Below are positions 19,021 to 26,855 of a stretch of 36,801 nt of DNA, piece by piece. The notes below the pieces were generated by a model. It ran no database searches. It worked only from the letters and a program-made list of their open reading frames with translations, and was not told the DNA's origin. Position 1 is the stretch's first letter. Every line of letters begins with the position of its first letter. The position numbers were made by a program, and so were the translations under genes. The stretch lies in the sequence record SRR2962707_2507; one strand, written 5' to 3'.

Positions 19021-20343
19021 GTGGCGATGAAGTATAGTGCTGAAAAAGCGACTGGACTTAGTTTAGAGCGCGGTAACGCGGCTTGGAGCGAAACGCTTTC
19101 TCTGATTCCAGGAGGAGCACAAACCTTCTCTAAAATGCCTATGCAGCATGTGGATGGGGTGTCTCCTAAATATATATGCAGAGGCAAGGGTTGCTACGTT
19201 TGGGATTTGGATGGAAATCGATACATCGACTACATGTGTGGTTTAGGTCCTGTCATTTTGGGACACGCCGATAGCGAGATTAACCATGCGGTATTTGAGC
19301 AGATGGAGAATGGTATTTCTCCGTCTTTGCCGAGTTTGTTGGAGACGCAGCTTGCTAGAAAACTTGTTGAACTGATCCCATGTGCTGAAATGGTTCGTTT
19401 TGGAAAAAATGGATCAGATGTCACATCTGCCGCAATTCGAGCGGCTAGGGGGATTACGGGAAGAGAGAAAGTGGCTATTTGCGGCTATCACGGTTGGCAG
19501 GATTGGTATATTGGAACAACATCTCGGAACAAAGGTGTTCCAAGGGCCGTTCAGGACCTAAGCCTAACGTTTTCCTATAACGACATAAGCTCGTTGGAAA
19601 AACTATTTGCTGATCATCAAGATGAAGTGGCCGCTGTAATTTTGGAGCCCGTCAACTTCTATGAACCTGCAGGTGATTTCCTGAAGAAGGTTCGCGAAGT
19701 TACGCATGCTGCAGGAGCACTTCTTATCTTTGATGAGGTCATTACAGGTTTCCGGATGGGGTTGGGAGGGGCTCAAAAACATTATGGTGTTACGCCAGAC
19801 CTAGCCTGTTTTGGGAAGGCCATGGCAAATGGCTTCCCCATATCCGCCGTCGTAGGAAAGCGCGAATATATGGAGGTGTTCGAGGATATCTTCTTTTCTT
19901 TTACTTTTGGTGGAGAGACGGCTTCCATAGCTGCGGCATTGGCTACAATTGAGGCCATGGAGCGGCGTAATACAATCGATCATATTCGGAGTGCAGGTGA
20001 CCAACTGATGTCTGGGTACACCGAGATTGTAGCTAAGCTAGGGTGCGGAGCTATGACTCGAATGATTGGGTTCCCTTGGTGGCCAGAGTACCTGTTCTTT
20101 GATCTTGACGGAAAACCTTCTCTCGAAATCCAGTCCTTGTTCCAACAAGAGATTGTTCGCCGGGGCATCTTGACCCGCGCGGGTATGATGATTACCGGTG
20201 CACATCAGGTGGCTGACATTGACCAGACGCTTCAAGTGTTTGATGAAGCGCTGGAGGTTGTGTGGACAGCTGTTTGTGATGGTAAGGTTCTTGAGTTGCT
20301 GGACGGAGAAGTTATTCAGCCAGTAATTCGACAGGTTGACTGA
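19021..20343 (+). CDS. Class III PLP aminotransferase (HemL/glutamate-1-semialdehyde aminomutase-like), glycan-cluster type
   Basis: IPGGAQTFSK, RGKGCYVWDLDGNRYIDY, GPVILGH, VRFGKNGSD, GYHGWQDW, LIFDEVITGFR, PDLACFGKAMANG. Confidence 0.92.
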   Translation: MAMKYSAEKATGLSLERGNAAWSETLSLIPGGAQTFSKMPMQHVDGVSPKYICRGKGCYVWDLDGNRYIDYMCGLGPVILGHADSEINHAVFEQMENGISPSLPSLLETQLARKLVELIPCAEMVRFGKNGSDVTSAAIRAARGITGREKVAICGYHGWQDWYIGTTSRNKGVPRAVQDLSLTFSYNDISSLEKLFADHQDEVAAVILEPVNFYEPAGDFLKKVREVTHAAGALLIFDEVITGFRMGLGGAQKHYGVTPDLACFGKAMANGFPISAVVGKREYMEVFEDIFFSFTFGGETASIAAALATIEAMERRNTIDHIRSAGDQLMSGYTEIVAKLGCGAMTRMIGFPWWPEYLFFDLDGKPSLEIQSLFQQEIVRRGILTRAGMMITGAHQVADIDQTLQVFDEALEVVWTAVCDGKVLELLDGEVIQPVIRQVD

Positions 20344-20518
20344 TTTGATAGAATACGCCGTCGTGTAAGCGGCGCTTTGGATGTATTTTTTCAAGTGTAT
20401 CCTTCTCAATCAGGCATCTGTCACATAGAGCGACCGTTCTGTGGCTCTTTCCATTAAAGTTTGATGAGTTTGCGCTTCAGTGCGCGTAAAAAGAGAAACT
20501 ATCTGGAGGCATAGGCGA

Positions 20519-21535
20519 GTGAGCGTGTTTAAGTCTAAGAAAAACAAGGTGCTTTATATTGCTGAGATAGGCGGCAATCATGAGGGTGATTTTGAATACG
20601 CAAAAAATCTGACATCCCTTGCGGTCGAGTCTGGAGCGGATGCGGTTAAATATCAATTTTATACGGCGGACACTTTAGTTAGTAGTGTTGAAAGCCCTAG
20701 TCGCAATGAGCACTTTAGGAAGTTTTCGCTTGAAAACGGTCAGTACGTAGAATTGATGAACCTTGTGTCCCAATCTGAAGCCTTGCCTATGGCTTCGATT
20801 TGGAGTGAGGCGATGTTGGCTTGGGCTGATCCATACATTTCGATTCATAAAGTCGGGTCCGGAGATCTTACCTGCTATCCTCTTTTGAAGGCGCTAGCTG
20901 CAACAAACAAGCCGATAATTTTGTCAACTGGGCTCTCCGATCTCCGAGAGATTGCAAGTGCTGTTGAATACATTGAAAGCTGTAATCCTTCCTATATCAA
21001 GGAACGTAAGCTGGCGTTGTTACAGTGTACGTCATCCTACCCAACGCCGGATCAGGATGCGAACATCAATGCAATGCTTTCTATGAAGCATGAGTTCGGA
21101 TTGCCTATCGGTTACTCCGATCACACTTTAGGTCCAGAAGCGATTGAAATCGCCGTTTCGATGGGGGCCGAAATTATTGAAAAGCACTTTACAGATAACC
21201 GCGATGGAAAGACTTTCCGAGACCATTTGATCTCACTCACTCGTGACGAAGTCATCGATGTTTTGAAAAAGATAGAACGAATTGTCACACTGTGCGGTAA
21301 CGGTGACAAAAGATTGATGGACTCCGAAGCCCAAGCAGAACACCATATTTCGTTTAGAAGAAGTGTATACGCCGCGCGCGATATTTCTGTAGGGGAGCAA
21401 TTATCTCTTGAAAATCTTACAGTATTACGGCCAGCACATGGAGTTTGCGCCAGCAGATTCGATGATGTTATGGGGAAAAAAGCTATGCGTTTCTTAAAGC
21501 GCCACGATGTTGTCAGGGAGGGCGACTTTGGCTGA
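20519..21535 (+). CDS. Second NeuB-family nonulosonic acid synthase, full length with SAF domain
   Basis: YIAEIGGNHEGD, ADAVKYQ, KVGSGD, ILSTG, LLQCTSSYP, GYSDHT, IEKHFTD, then FRRSVYAARDI..GE.LS.ENL.VLRP..G (SAF). GGAGG at 20505-20509 favours GTG 20519; the ORF is open from 20480. Confidence 0.93.
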   Translation: MSVFKSKKNKVLYIAEIGGNHEGDFEYAKNLTSLAVESGADAVKYQFYTADTLVSSVESPSRNEHFRKFSLENGQYVELMNLVSQSEALPMASIWSEAMLAWADPYISIHKVGSGDLTCYPLLKALAATNKPIILSTGLSDLREIASAVEYIESCNPSYIKERKLALLQCTSSYPTPDQDANINAMLSMKHEFGLPIGYSDHTLGPEAIEIAVSMGAEIIEKHFTDNRDGKTFRDHLISLTRDEVIDVLKKIERIVTLCGNGDKRLMDSEAQAEHHISFRRSVYAARDISVGEQLSLENLTVLRPAHGVCASRFDDVMGKKAMRFLKRHDVVREGDFG

Positions 21536-22103
21536 TGAGGGTAAAACTTCTAGGGTCCCAAGCGCTGTTCGTGCGTACTCAAAATACTCATTATGGCATT
21601 CTATTCGGCGCAGGTGGGTTCTCCGTGGCGCTGGCTCCGTCGGTGAAAAAGTGTATGTTGAGCGGAATGTCGAGCTGCAGAGGCACCCGGAGAACGTTTT
21701 CCTAGGTGCCGGGGTGCTGCTTAAGGAAGGCGTGCGTATATGTCCGACCCATGAAAACGTCAGTATTTCGATTGGGGATTGGACGACAGTAGGGCACCAT
21801 ACATTCGTATTTGCCAAGGGTGATGTAGAGATTGGTAGCGATTGTCTGATCGCTCCTTTTTGTTATTTGGTCGATAGCGATCACGGGACTGCTTCTGGAG
21901 AGTTGATCCGTAATCAGGACATGGTTGTTGCTCCTATTCGAATAGGTAATGGTGTTTGGCTTGGCGCCGGTGTGGTCGTAACAAAGGGTGTTACAATTGG
22001 TGACGGGGCTGTTGTCGCCGCGCGCTCAGTGGTCACAAAAGATGTGCCAGCTAATGCTGTTGTGGCTGGGACTCCTGCAAAACTTGTCCGTTACCGAGTG
22101 TAA
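21528..22103 (+). CDS. Hexapeptide-repeat (left-handed beta-helix) O/N-acyltransferase
   Basis: IGDWTTVG, VEIGSDCLIAP..YLVDSDHG, IRIGNGVWLGAGVVVTKGVTIGDGAVVAARSVVTKDVP..VVAGTPAK. GGGAGGG precedes TTG 21528. Confidence 0.92.
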   Translation: MADEGKTSRVPSAVRAYSKYSLWHSIRRRWVLRGAGSVGEKVYVERNVELQRHPENVFLGAGVLLKEGVRICPTHENVSISIGDWTTVGHHTFVFAKGDVEIGSDCLIAPFCYLVDSDHGTASGELIRNQDMVVAPIRIGNGVWLGAGVVVTKGVTIGDGAVVAARSVVTKDVPANAVVAGTPAKLVRYRV

Positions 22104-22115
22104 TGGATTCGTATC

Positions 22116-22832
22116 ATGAATGTTGGTGCAGTAATTCTGAGCCGTTTGGACTCAACTAGGCTACCAGGCAAGGCATTAAGGTTGGTTCATGAGCGGCCAT
22201 TGTTGGAGTACGTCATCGATCTGTGTAGGCAGATTGATGGGGTATCGGTTATCGTGCTCGCAACATCTGATCGTCCGGTGGATAATCCGATTGCGGAATT
22301 TGCTGAGAAAGCGAATGTTCACTGCGTGCGCGGTTCTGTAGAAGATGTCGCTGGCCGCTTTTTGTCGGCGATGGAGCAGTTTGAACTCGACGCAGCATTG
22401 CGGGTAAATGGTGATAGCCCTCTCAATGACCCGAAGCTTCTTAGCCGAGGTGTTGAGATTATCAAATCCGGGGCCTATGACCTGGTAACCAATGTTCCAG
22501 GACGGACGTATCCTTTCGGGATGAGTTTGGAAGTGGTCCTGCGTGAAACGATGCGTAAAGCCTACGCATCTTTCCAGGATGCGGGGTGCTTTGAGCATGT
22601 AACAAAGTACTTTTATGATTACCCGCAGCATTTCCGTATTCGCAAAATTCTGTCAGAGTGTCCTGCTTTCACGGGGGTTCAATTGTCGGTGGACACGATG
22701 GAGGACCTGATGCGTTTTTCTTGGGTTGTGGAACAGTTAAATGGTTCTCCGTCATCCTGTAGTCCCGAATATGTGGTGCATCTGATGCGCCAATGTCCAG
22801 ACTTTGGGTATGATGCGCAGACTAGCGAGTGA
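22116..22832 (+). CDS. Second SpsF-type cytidylyltransferase-fold protein
   Basis: ILSRLDSTRLPGKAL, LATSDRPVD, RGSVEDVAGRF, RVNGDSPLNDP, TYPFGMSLE, EHVT, LSVDTMEDL. Confidence 0.9.
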   Translation: MNVGAVILSRLDSTRLPGKALRLVHERPLLEYVIDLCRQIDGVSVIVLATSDRPVDNPIAEFAEKANVHCVRGSVEDVAGRFLSAMEQFELDAALRVNGDSPLNDPKLLSRGVEIIKSGAYDLVTNVPGRTYPFGMSLEVVLRETMRKAYASFQDAGCFEHVTKYFYDYPQHFRIRKILSECPAFTGVQLSVDTMEDLMRFSWVVEQLNGSPSSCSPEYVVHLMRQCPDFGYDAQTSE

Positions 22833-22838
22833 TAAATA

Positions 22839-24239
22839 ATGTCGTCTAACCAAGAAATGGCCTGCGAGCCTGTTGTTACCGTATACATAACAAACTACAA
22901 TTATGCAGAATATATCGAGCAAGCGATAGAAAGTGTCTTGTCGCAAACTTTTCTCCGGTACGAAATTATTATCATTGATGACGGATCTACTGACGGGTCC
23001 CGAGATATAATAAAGCGATATATTGGCTGTCCAAATGTTCGGGTAATTTTTCAACAGAACAAAGGACTGAATACGTCAAGTAATATTGCCGTTCGAGCCG
23101 CGCACGGAAAGTATGTTATGCGCCTTGATGCAGACGACTATCTTGATGAAAATGCCATGTTAGTAATGGTTAATAAAATGGAGTCAGAGAGCGATCTGGC
23201 TCTTGTTTTTGCGGATTATTACTATGTGGATAAAAACGGTAACGTAACGGGCCAAGAGCGCCGTCATGATTTTAAGGATGCCGTGACGTTACTCGACCAA
23301 CCTGCACACGGTGCGTGCACCCTGGTTCGCCGCGATTGTTTGTTGGAGGTTGGATCCTATAATACCGCCTTTACGTGCCAAGACGGTTGGGATCTTTGGT
23401 TGAAAATGACCGAGCGTTTCAAGGTCGGCAACGTGAACTTACCATTGTTCTACTACAGGCATCACGGTCGAAATCTGACGACAGATAGTGAACGCATACT
23501 GCGCACTCGGGCTGACATTGTGAAAGCACATGCTGAAAATGTTGCGCCAAGTCAATTTCGCTGTATCGCAGTTTTGCCGGTTCGTGGTCGAGCAATTGAT
23601 CCCAGCAGCCACGTAGAGAGCGTTTTGGGGGGGCGGAAATTAATCAACTGGACAATCGATGAGGTTCTGAAGGTTCCTCAAATTGAAGAAGTCATTGTTA
23701 CGACACCGGATGATGAGCTGTCTTCTTATTTGAAGGAAACTTACGGAGATGCCTTAACGCTGTGCCATCGGGACCCTCACGATGCTTTGGAAAACACTTC
23801 TTTCGACCAAGCTGTGATTCAGGCGTTGGACTCTCGACAGTCGACTTTTGAGCCAGACGCAATAGTCGATTTGACGGTGGATACGCCATTTCGTTCATCA
23901 TTTTACATCGAAAAAGCAATCAATACGATGCGAGTGCATGGTGTTGACGTTGTGCTCGGTGTGATGCCGGAGGATGATATGTTCTATCATCATGACGGCA
24001 CGGGATTGAAGCCTATTGGAAACAATTCGCATGTTAGTGAACTGCGCTTGGAGCGTGAATACATCTATCGGCAGTCAGGGGGGCTGACTGTTATGAAATG
24101 GAAGCACTTTGTTGAAAACAAGGGGCTATTAGACGGACAGGTCGGGCATTGTGTCCTGACTCAGCGGGCTGCAATGCGGGTTAGAAATGCCTTCGAATTT
24201 CGTATGGCTTGCGCTGCTTTGGACGAAAACGAAAGATAA
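22839..24239 (+). CDS. GT2 glycosyltransferase fused to a C-terminal degenerate cytidylyltransferase-like domain
   Basis: N-half: VTVYITNYNY..YIEQAIESVLSQT, IIDDGSTD, MRLDADD, QDGWDLW. C-half: IAVLPVRG...LGGRKLINWTI...VIVTTPDD...DTPFR...YRQSGG. Confidence 0.88.
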   Translation: MSSNQEMACEPVVTVYITNYNYAEYIEQAIESVLSQTFLRYEIIIIDDGSTDGSRDIIKRYIGCPNVRVIFQQNKGLNTSSNIAVRAAHGKYVMRLDADDYLDENAMLVMVNKMESESDLALVFADYYYVDKNGNVTGQERRHDFKDAVTLLDQPAHGACTLVRRDCLLEVGSYNTAFTCQDGWDLWLKMTERFKVGNVNLPLFYYRHHGRNLTTDSERILRTRADIVKAHAENVAPSQFRCIAVLPVRGRAIDPSSHVESVLGGRKLINWTIDEVLKVPQIEEVIVTTPDDELSSYLKETYGDALTLCHRDPHDALENTSFDQAVIQALDSRQSTFEPDAIVDLTVDTPFRSSFYIEKAINTMRVHGVDVVLGVMPEDDMFYHHDGTGLKPIGNNSHVSELRLEREYIYRQSGGLTVMKWKHFVENKGLLDGQVGHCVLTQRAAMRVRNAFEFRMACAALDENER

Positions 24240-24245
24240 ATTCCG

Positions 24246-25169
24246 ATGGTTGTATCTTCTATGATTGATGTCCCGTGCTATTTATGCCAGTCTAATAATC
24301 GGAGTGTTCTCTTAACTCAAAAAGGTGCTGACGATTATCTAAGTCTTGTGGATAAAAGTTATCACTCTATCGAGAGAAATTGGTTCGTCTGCAATGATTG
24401 TGGGTTTGTTTACAGGTCTCCGGTTCTGACCGAAGAAGACTGTAAGCGCTTGTATGAAAATTACGAGAAAGATGCTCTAAAGAATACGGATCCCAATGAG
24501 TTCTTTGATAAGATCATAAACCTTCCAGATGAAGAGTCGGAGAACCACCAAAAGTTAAAATGGCTATTGGGGGTATTGTCTTCGACATCAGGGGAAGGCT
24601 TGTCCAAAAAGGAATTCTCCTTTTTAGACGTCGGCTGTGGTTCTGGACTTTTGATGTTCTCGTTAAAAAAGGAATGTCAAAATGCCAATGGGTTTGGCGT
24701 TGAGTTAAACCCGCAATATGCAGCTTTAGCGTCAGCCAGAAGTGGTGGGACAGTAAAGCAGGGGCTGTATCAATCAGGTCTCTTTGATCATGATTTTAGC
24801 TTGATCATGCTTACCAAGGTATTAGAGCATGTCCCTGACCCCTTGGTTCTTATTTCTGAAATGGCGCGGGATTTGAAGTCGGGTGGCTTCCTGTTTATAG
24901 AGGTTCCCGATGTCATTGACTTCAAAAGTCTTGAAGCTGACGACCCTCGTTTTTTCATACCGCATATTTATTTTTTCAGTGCTGCTACTCTTGGCGAATT
25001 AGCACGTAGGACAGGGTTGCGCGTTTTGGAAAGTCGCACGATTGTGACGCACCGCGGGCGTTCGTATTTGCAGATGGTTTTGGTCAAAGCCGATGTAAGT
25101 GATGATGTGGTGGAGCTTCCATACGATGATCCGAAGTCTTTGTTGGCGCTGGTGAAGCTGGATGATTAA
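24246..25169 (+). CDS. Class I SAM-dependent methyltransferase with N-terminal CxxC...CxxC zinc-binding motif
   Basis: CYLC, CNDCG, FLDVGCGSG, GVELN, VLEHVPDP, LKSGGFLFIEVP, HIYFFS. Confidence 0.9.
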   Translation: MVVSSMIDVPCYLCQSNNRSVLLTQKGADDYLSLVDKSYHSIERNWFVCNDCGFVYRSPVLTEEDCKRLYENYEKDALKNTDPNEFFDKIINLPDEESENHQKLKWLLGVLSSTSGEGLSKKEFSFLDVGCGSGLLMFSLKKECQNANGFGVELNPQYAALASARSGGTVKQGLYQSGLFDHDFSLIMLTKVLEHVPDPLVLISEMARDLKSGGFLFIEVPDVIDFKSLEADDPRFFIPHIYFFSAATLGELARRTGLRVLESRTIVTHRGRSYLQMVLVKADVSDDVVELPYDDPKSLLALVKLDD

Positions 25170-26808
25170 GGCTTTTGCAGGGGATGTTGCTGCAGATACC
25201 GATTTGACGGTCGACATCCAAAAAATAAAATACGATGCCAATGGGGTTAAAAACTTCTATTGGCCAGTAAAAAGGGAGGCATCAGCTTCTGTTTGTGAAG
25301 AGGTTGTAAGCGAACTTGCGCGAGAGTTGAGTATTGTTGGGGATGCTGGTGTGGATCCGAGTATTCAGCGCGGGTCGCAGGTTCTCTTTAAATGGTTGAT
25401 TGCTTTGAGTGTTCGGCTGTTTGATGCTGAGTTACTTTGTGGAGAATTGAAAAAAAATCCCCGTGAGATAGATGTGCCGGGAAACTACCGTATCTTGCGT
25501 TCACTTCTTGTGGGTGATGTTCCTTATATCGGTATGTTCGAGGCACAATCCGCAGGTGTTTCTGTTGGTAGGAATATCCCTTGGTTCCTTAGGCGGATAT
25601 ACTTTGAAGCCCGTTTGAACGGGCTGAGCTTGAAAAACATGTTACCCCGCTTCGGAAATGCCAAGAATGCTGTTATGGATGCAAATGCGTTGTTGTTTCA
25701 GCATGCTTACGAAAAAAGTGTTTATCTTGAGTACGATCACTACGCGCAGTGGTTCGGTCCCGTTCGCAAGTCGGCGTTGTCAAGCGCAGTTGACAAATTG
25801 GATGCTTCCAAGCTTGAGGCAATAGACCGCTTAACTGGTATTATTAAGACTGCTTTCGCAAACGGTGGATTGCAAATGTCCGGGCTTGTCGAGCAATCCC
25901 TTGGAATTTGGTTTGCACAGGCATCAGTCTTCGTGGATCACCACTTAGATAGTATTTCGGCGAGAAAGCAGTTCTTACCCGAAAGATTATGGGTTGGTAG
26001 CGTTGGATCGAATATCTGGACGCGGATTTTTGCGAGGGCGATGTCCGAGAACGGTAAGGAAATAATCGCGCATGACCATGGTTTTGGAAATGCGCATATT
26101 GATCAAACCGGCAGTGCAATAACCGAATTTAATGATGTTAGCGAGTATTGGACCTACAATAAACGTCAGGCTCAGAAAAAACGCGAGGCAATTCGCCCAG
26201 ATCTCCTGTGGGGCCAGCGCGAGCCAGGAGTCTATGCTCTAAAGGAGGAGGGGCTACAAGAGGACGGGGAGGCCGTTACCCGCCAAACGGCATTTTCGAA
26301 GCCGCTTAAGCGCATCATGTATGTGGGTACCGCATTCCATGGTGAAGCATCGAGGCTTCGTCCCATTAATTCAGATGTTATGTATTTTGACTGGCAAGTC
26401 CGGTTAATCAGCTTCCTCGTTAAGCACGGTTTTGAGGTACTTTATAAACCTCATCCGGAAGGGCAAACGAGGCCGCCTGTTGATTTTGCGGAAAAGCTTG
26501 GTGCAAAGACGATCAACAGTAAATTTGAAGATATCCATCAAACAGTAGATGCTTATGTTATTGACTTTATAGCATCAACAACAACTGCAACTGTTCTGCA
26601 ATCAGATGTTCCAGTTATTTACTTTGATGTTGGCTTCCCGAAAATCCAAGATGACGCCAGAGAGCTGTTAGGGCGCAGGTGTTCAATTATGCCAGTGTCG
26701 GTGTCTGCCGAAAACAGGATGTATGTCGATTGGGAAGCTGTCTATGACAGAGTTACCGACGAAAACTGGAATTTTGATTATTCATTTTGCGATGTTTACT
26801 ATTCTTAA
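25162..26808 (+). CDS. Hypothetical protein with GT-B-like C-terminus, possible ulosonyl-transferase
   Basis: 548-aa ORF overlapping the upstream gene; motifs IIAHDHG, VLYKPHPEG, DAYVID..STT...L.SDVPVIYFD. Confidence 0.6.
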   Translation: MIKAFAGDVAADTDLTVDIQKIKYDANGVKNFYWPVKREASASVCEEVVSELARELSIVGDAGVDPSIQRGSQVLFKWLIALSVRLFDAELLCGELKKNPREIDVPGNYRILRSLLVGDVPYIGMFEAQSAGVSVGRNIPWFLRRIYFEARLNGLSLKNMLPRFGNAKNAVMDANALLFQHAYEKSVYLEYDHYAQWFGPVRKSALSSAVDKLDASKLEAIDRLTGIIKTAFANGGLQMSGLVEQSLGIWFAQASVFVDHHLDSISARKQFLPERLWVGSVGSNIWTRIFARAMSENGKEIIAHDHGFGNAHIDQTGSAITEFNDVSEYWTYNKRQAQKKREAIRPDLLWGQREPGVYALKEEGLQEDGEAVTRQTAFSKPLKRIMYVGTAFHGEASRLRPINSDVMYFDWQVRLISFLVKHGFEVLYKPHPEGQTRPPVDFAEKLGAKTINSKFEDIHQTVDAYVIDFIASTTTATVLQSDVPVIYFDVGFPKIQDDARELLGRRCSIMPVSVSAENRMYVDWEAVYDRVTDENWNFDYSFCDVYYS

Positions 26809-26855
26809 TTTTAATATTTTAAATGGTAAATTATAAATTCAGCGTGGCATCATAA

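Noticed and set aside
19021-20343. Assigning the gene symbol hemL
   Set aside because: It has the fold motifs but sits in a glycan island, and the GAQTFSK/GYHGWQDW signature is of the polysaccharide-cluster subtype. Heme function is unsupported.
20356-20391. Hairpin CGCCGT-N7-GCGGCG after the class III aminotransferase as a terminator
   Set aside because: The stem is short and the T-run is not adjacent, so it is too weak to call.
7180-21535. Naming the synthases and partners pseI/legI/neuB, pseC, pseF
   Set aside because: Substrate specificity cannot be read from the motifs, and the diagnostic entry enzymes (PseB, LegB, NeuC) are absent.
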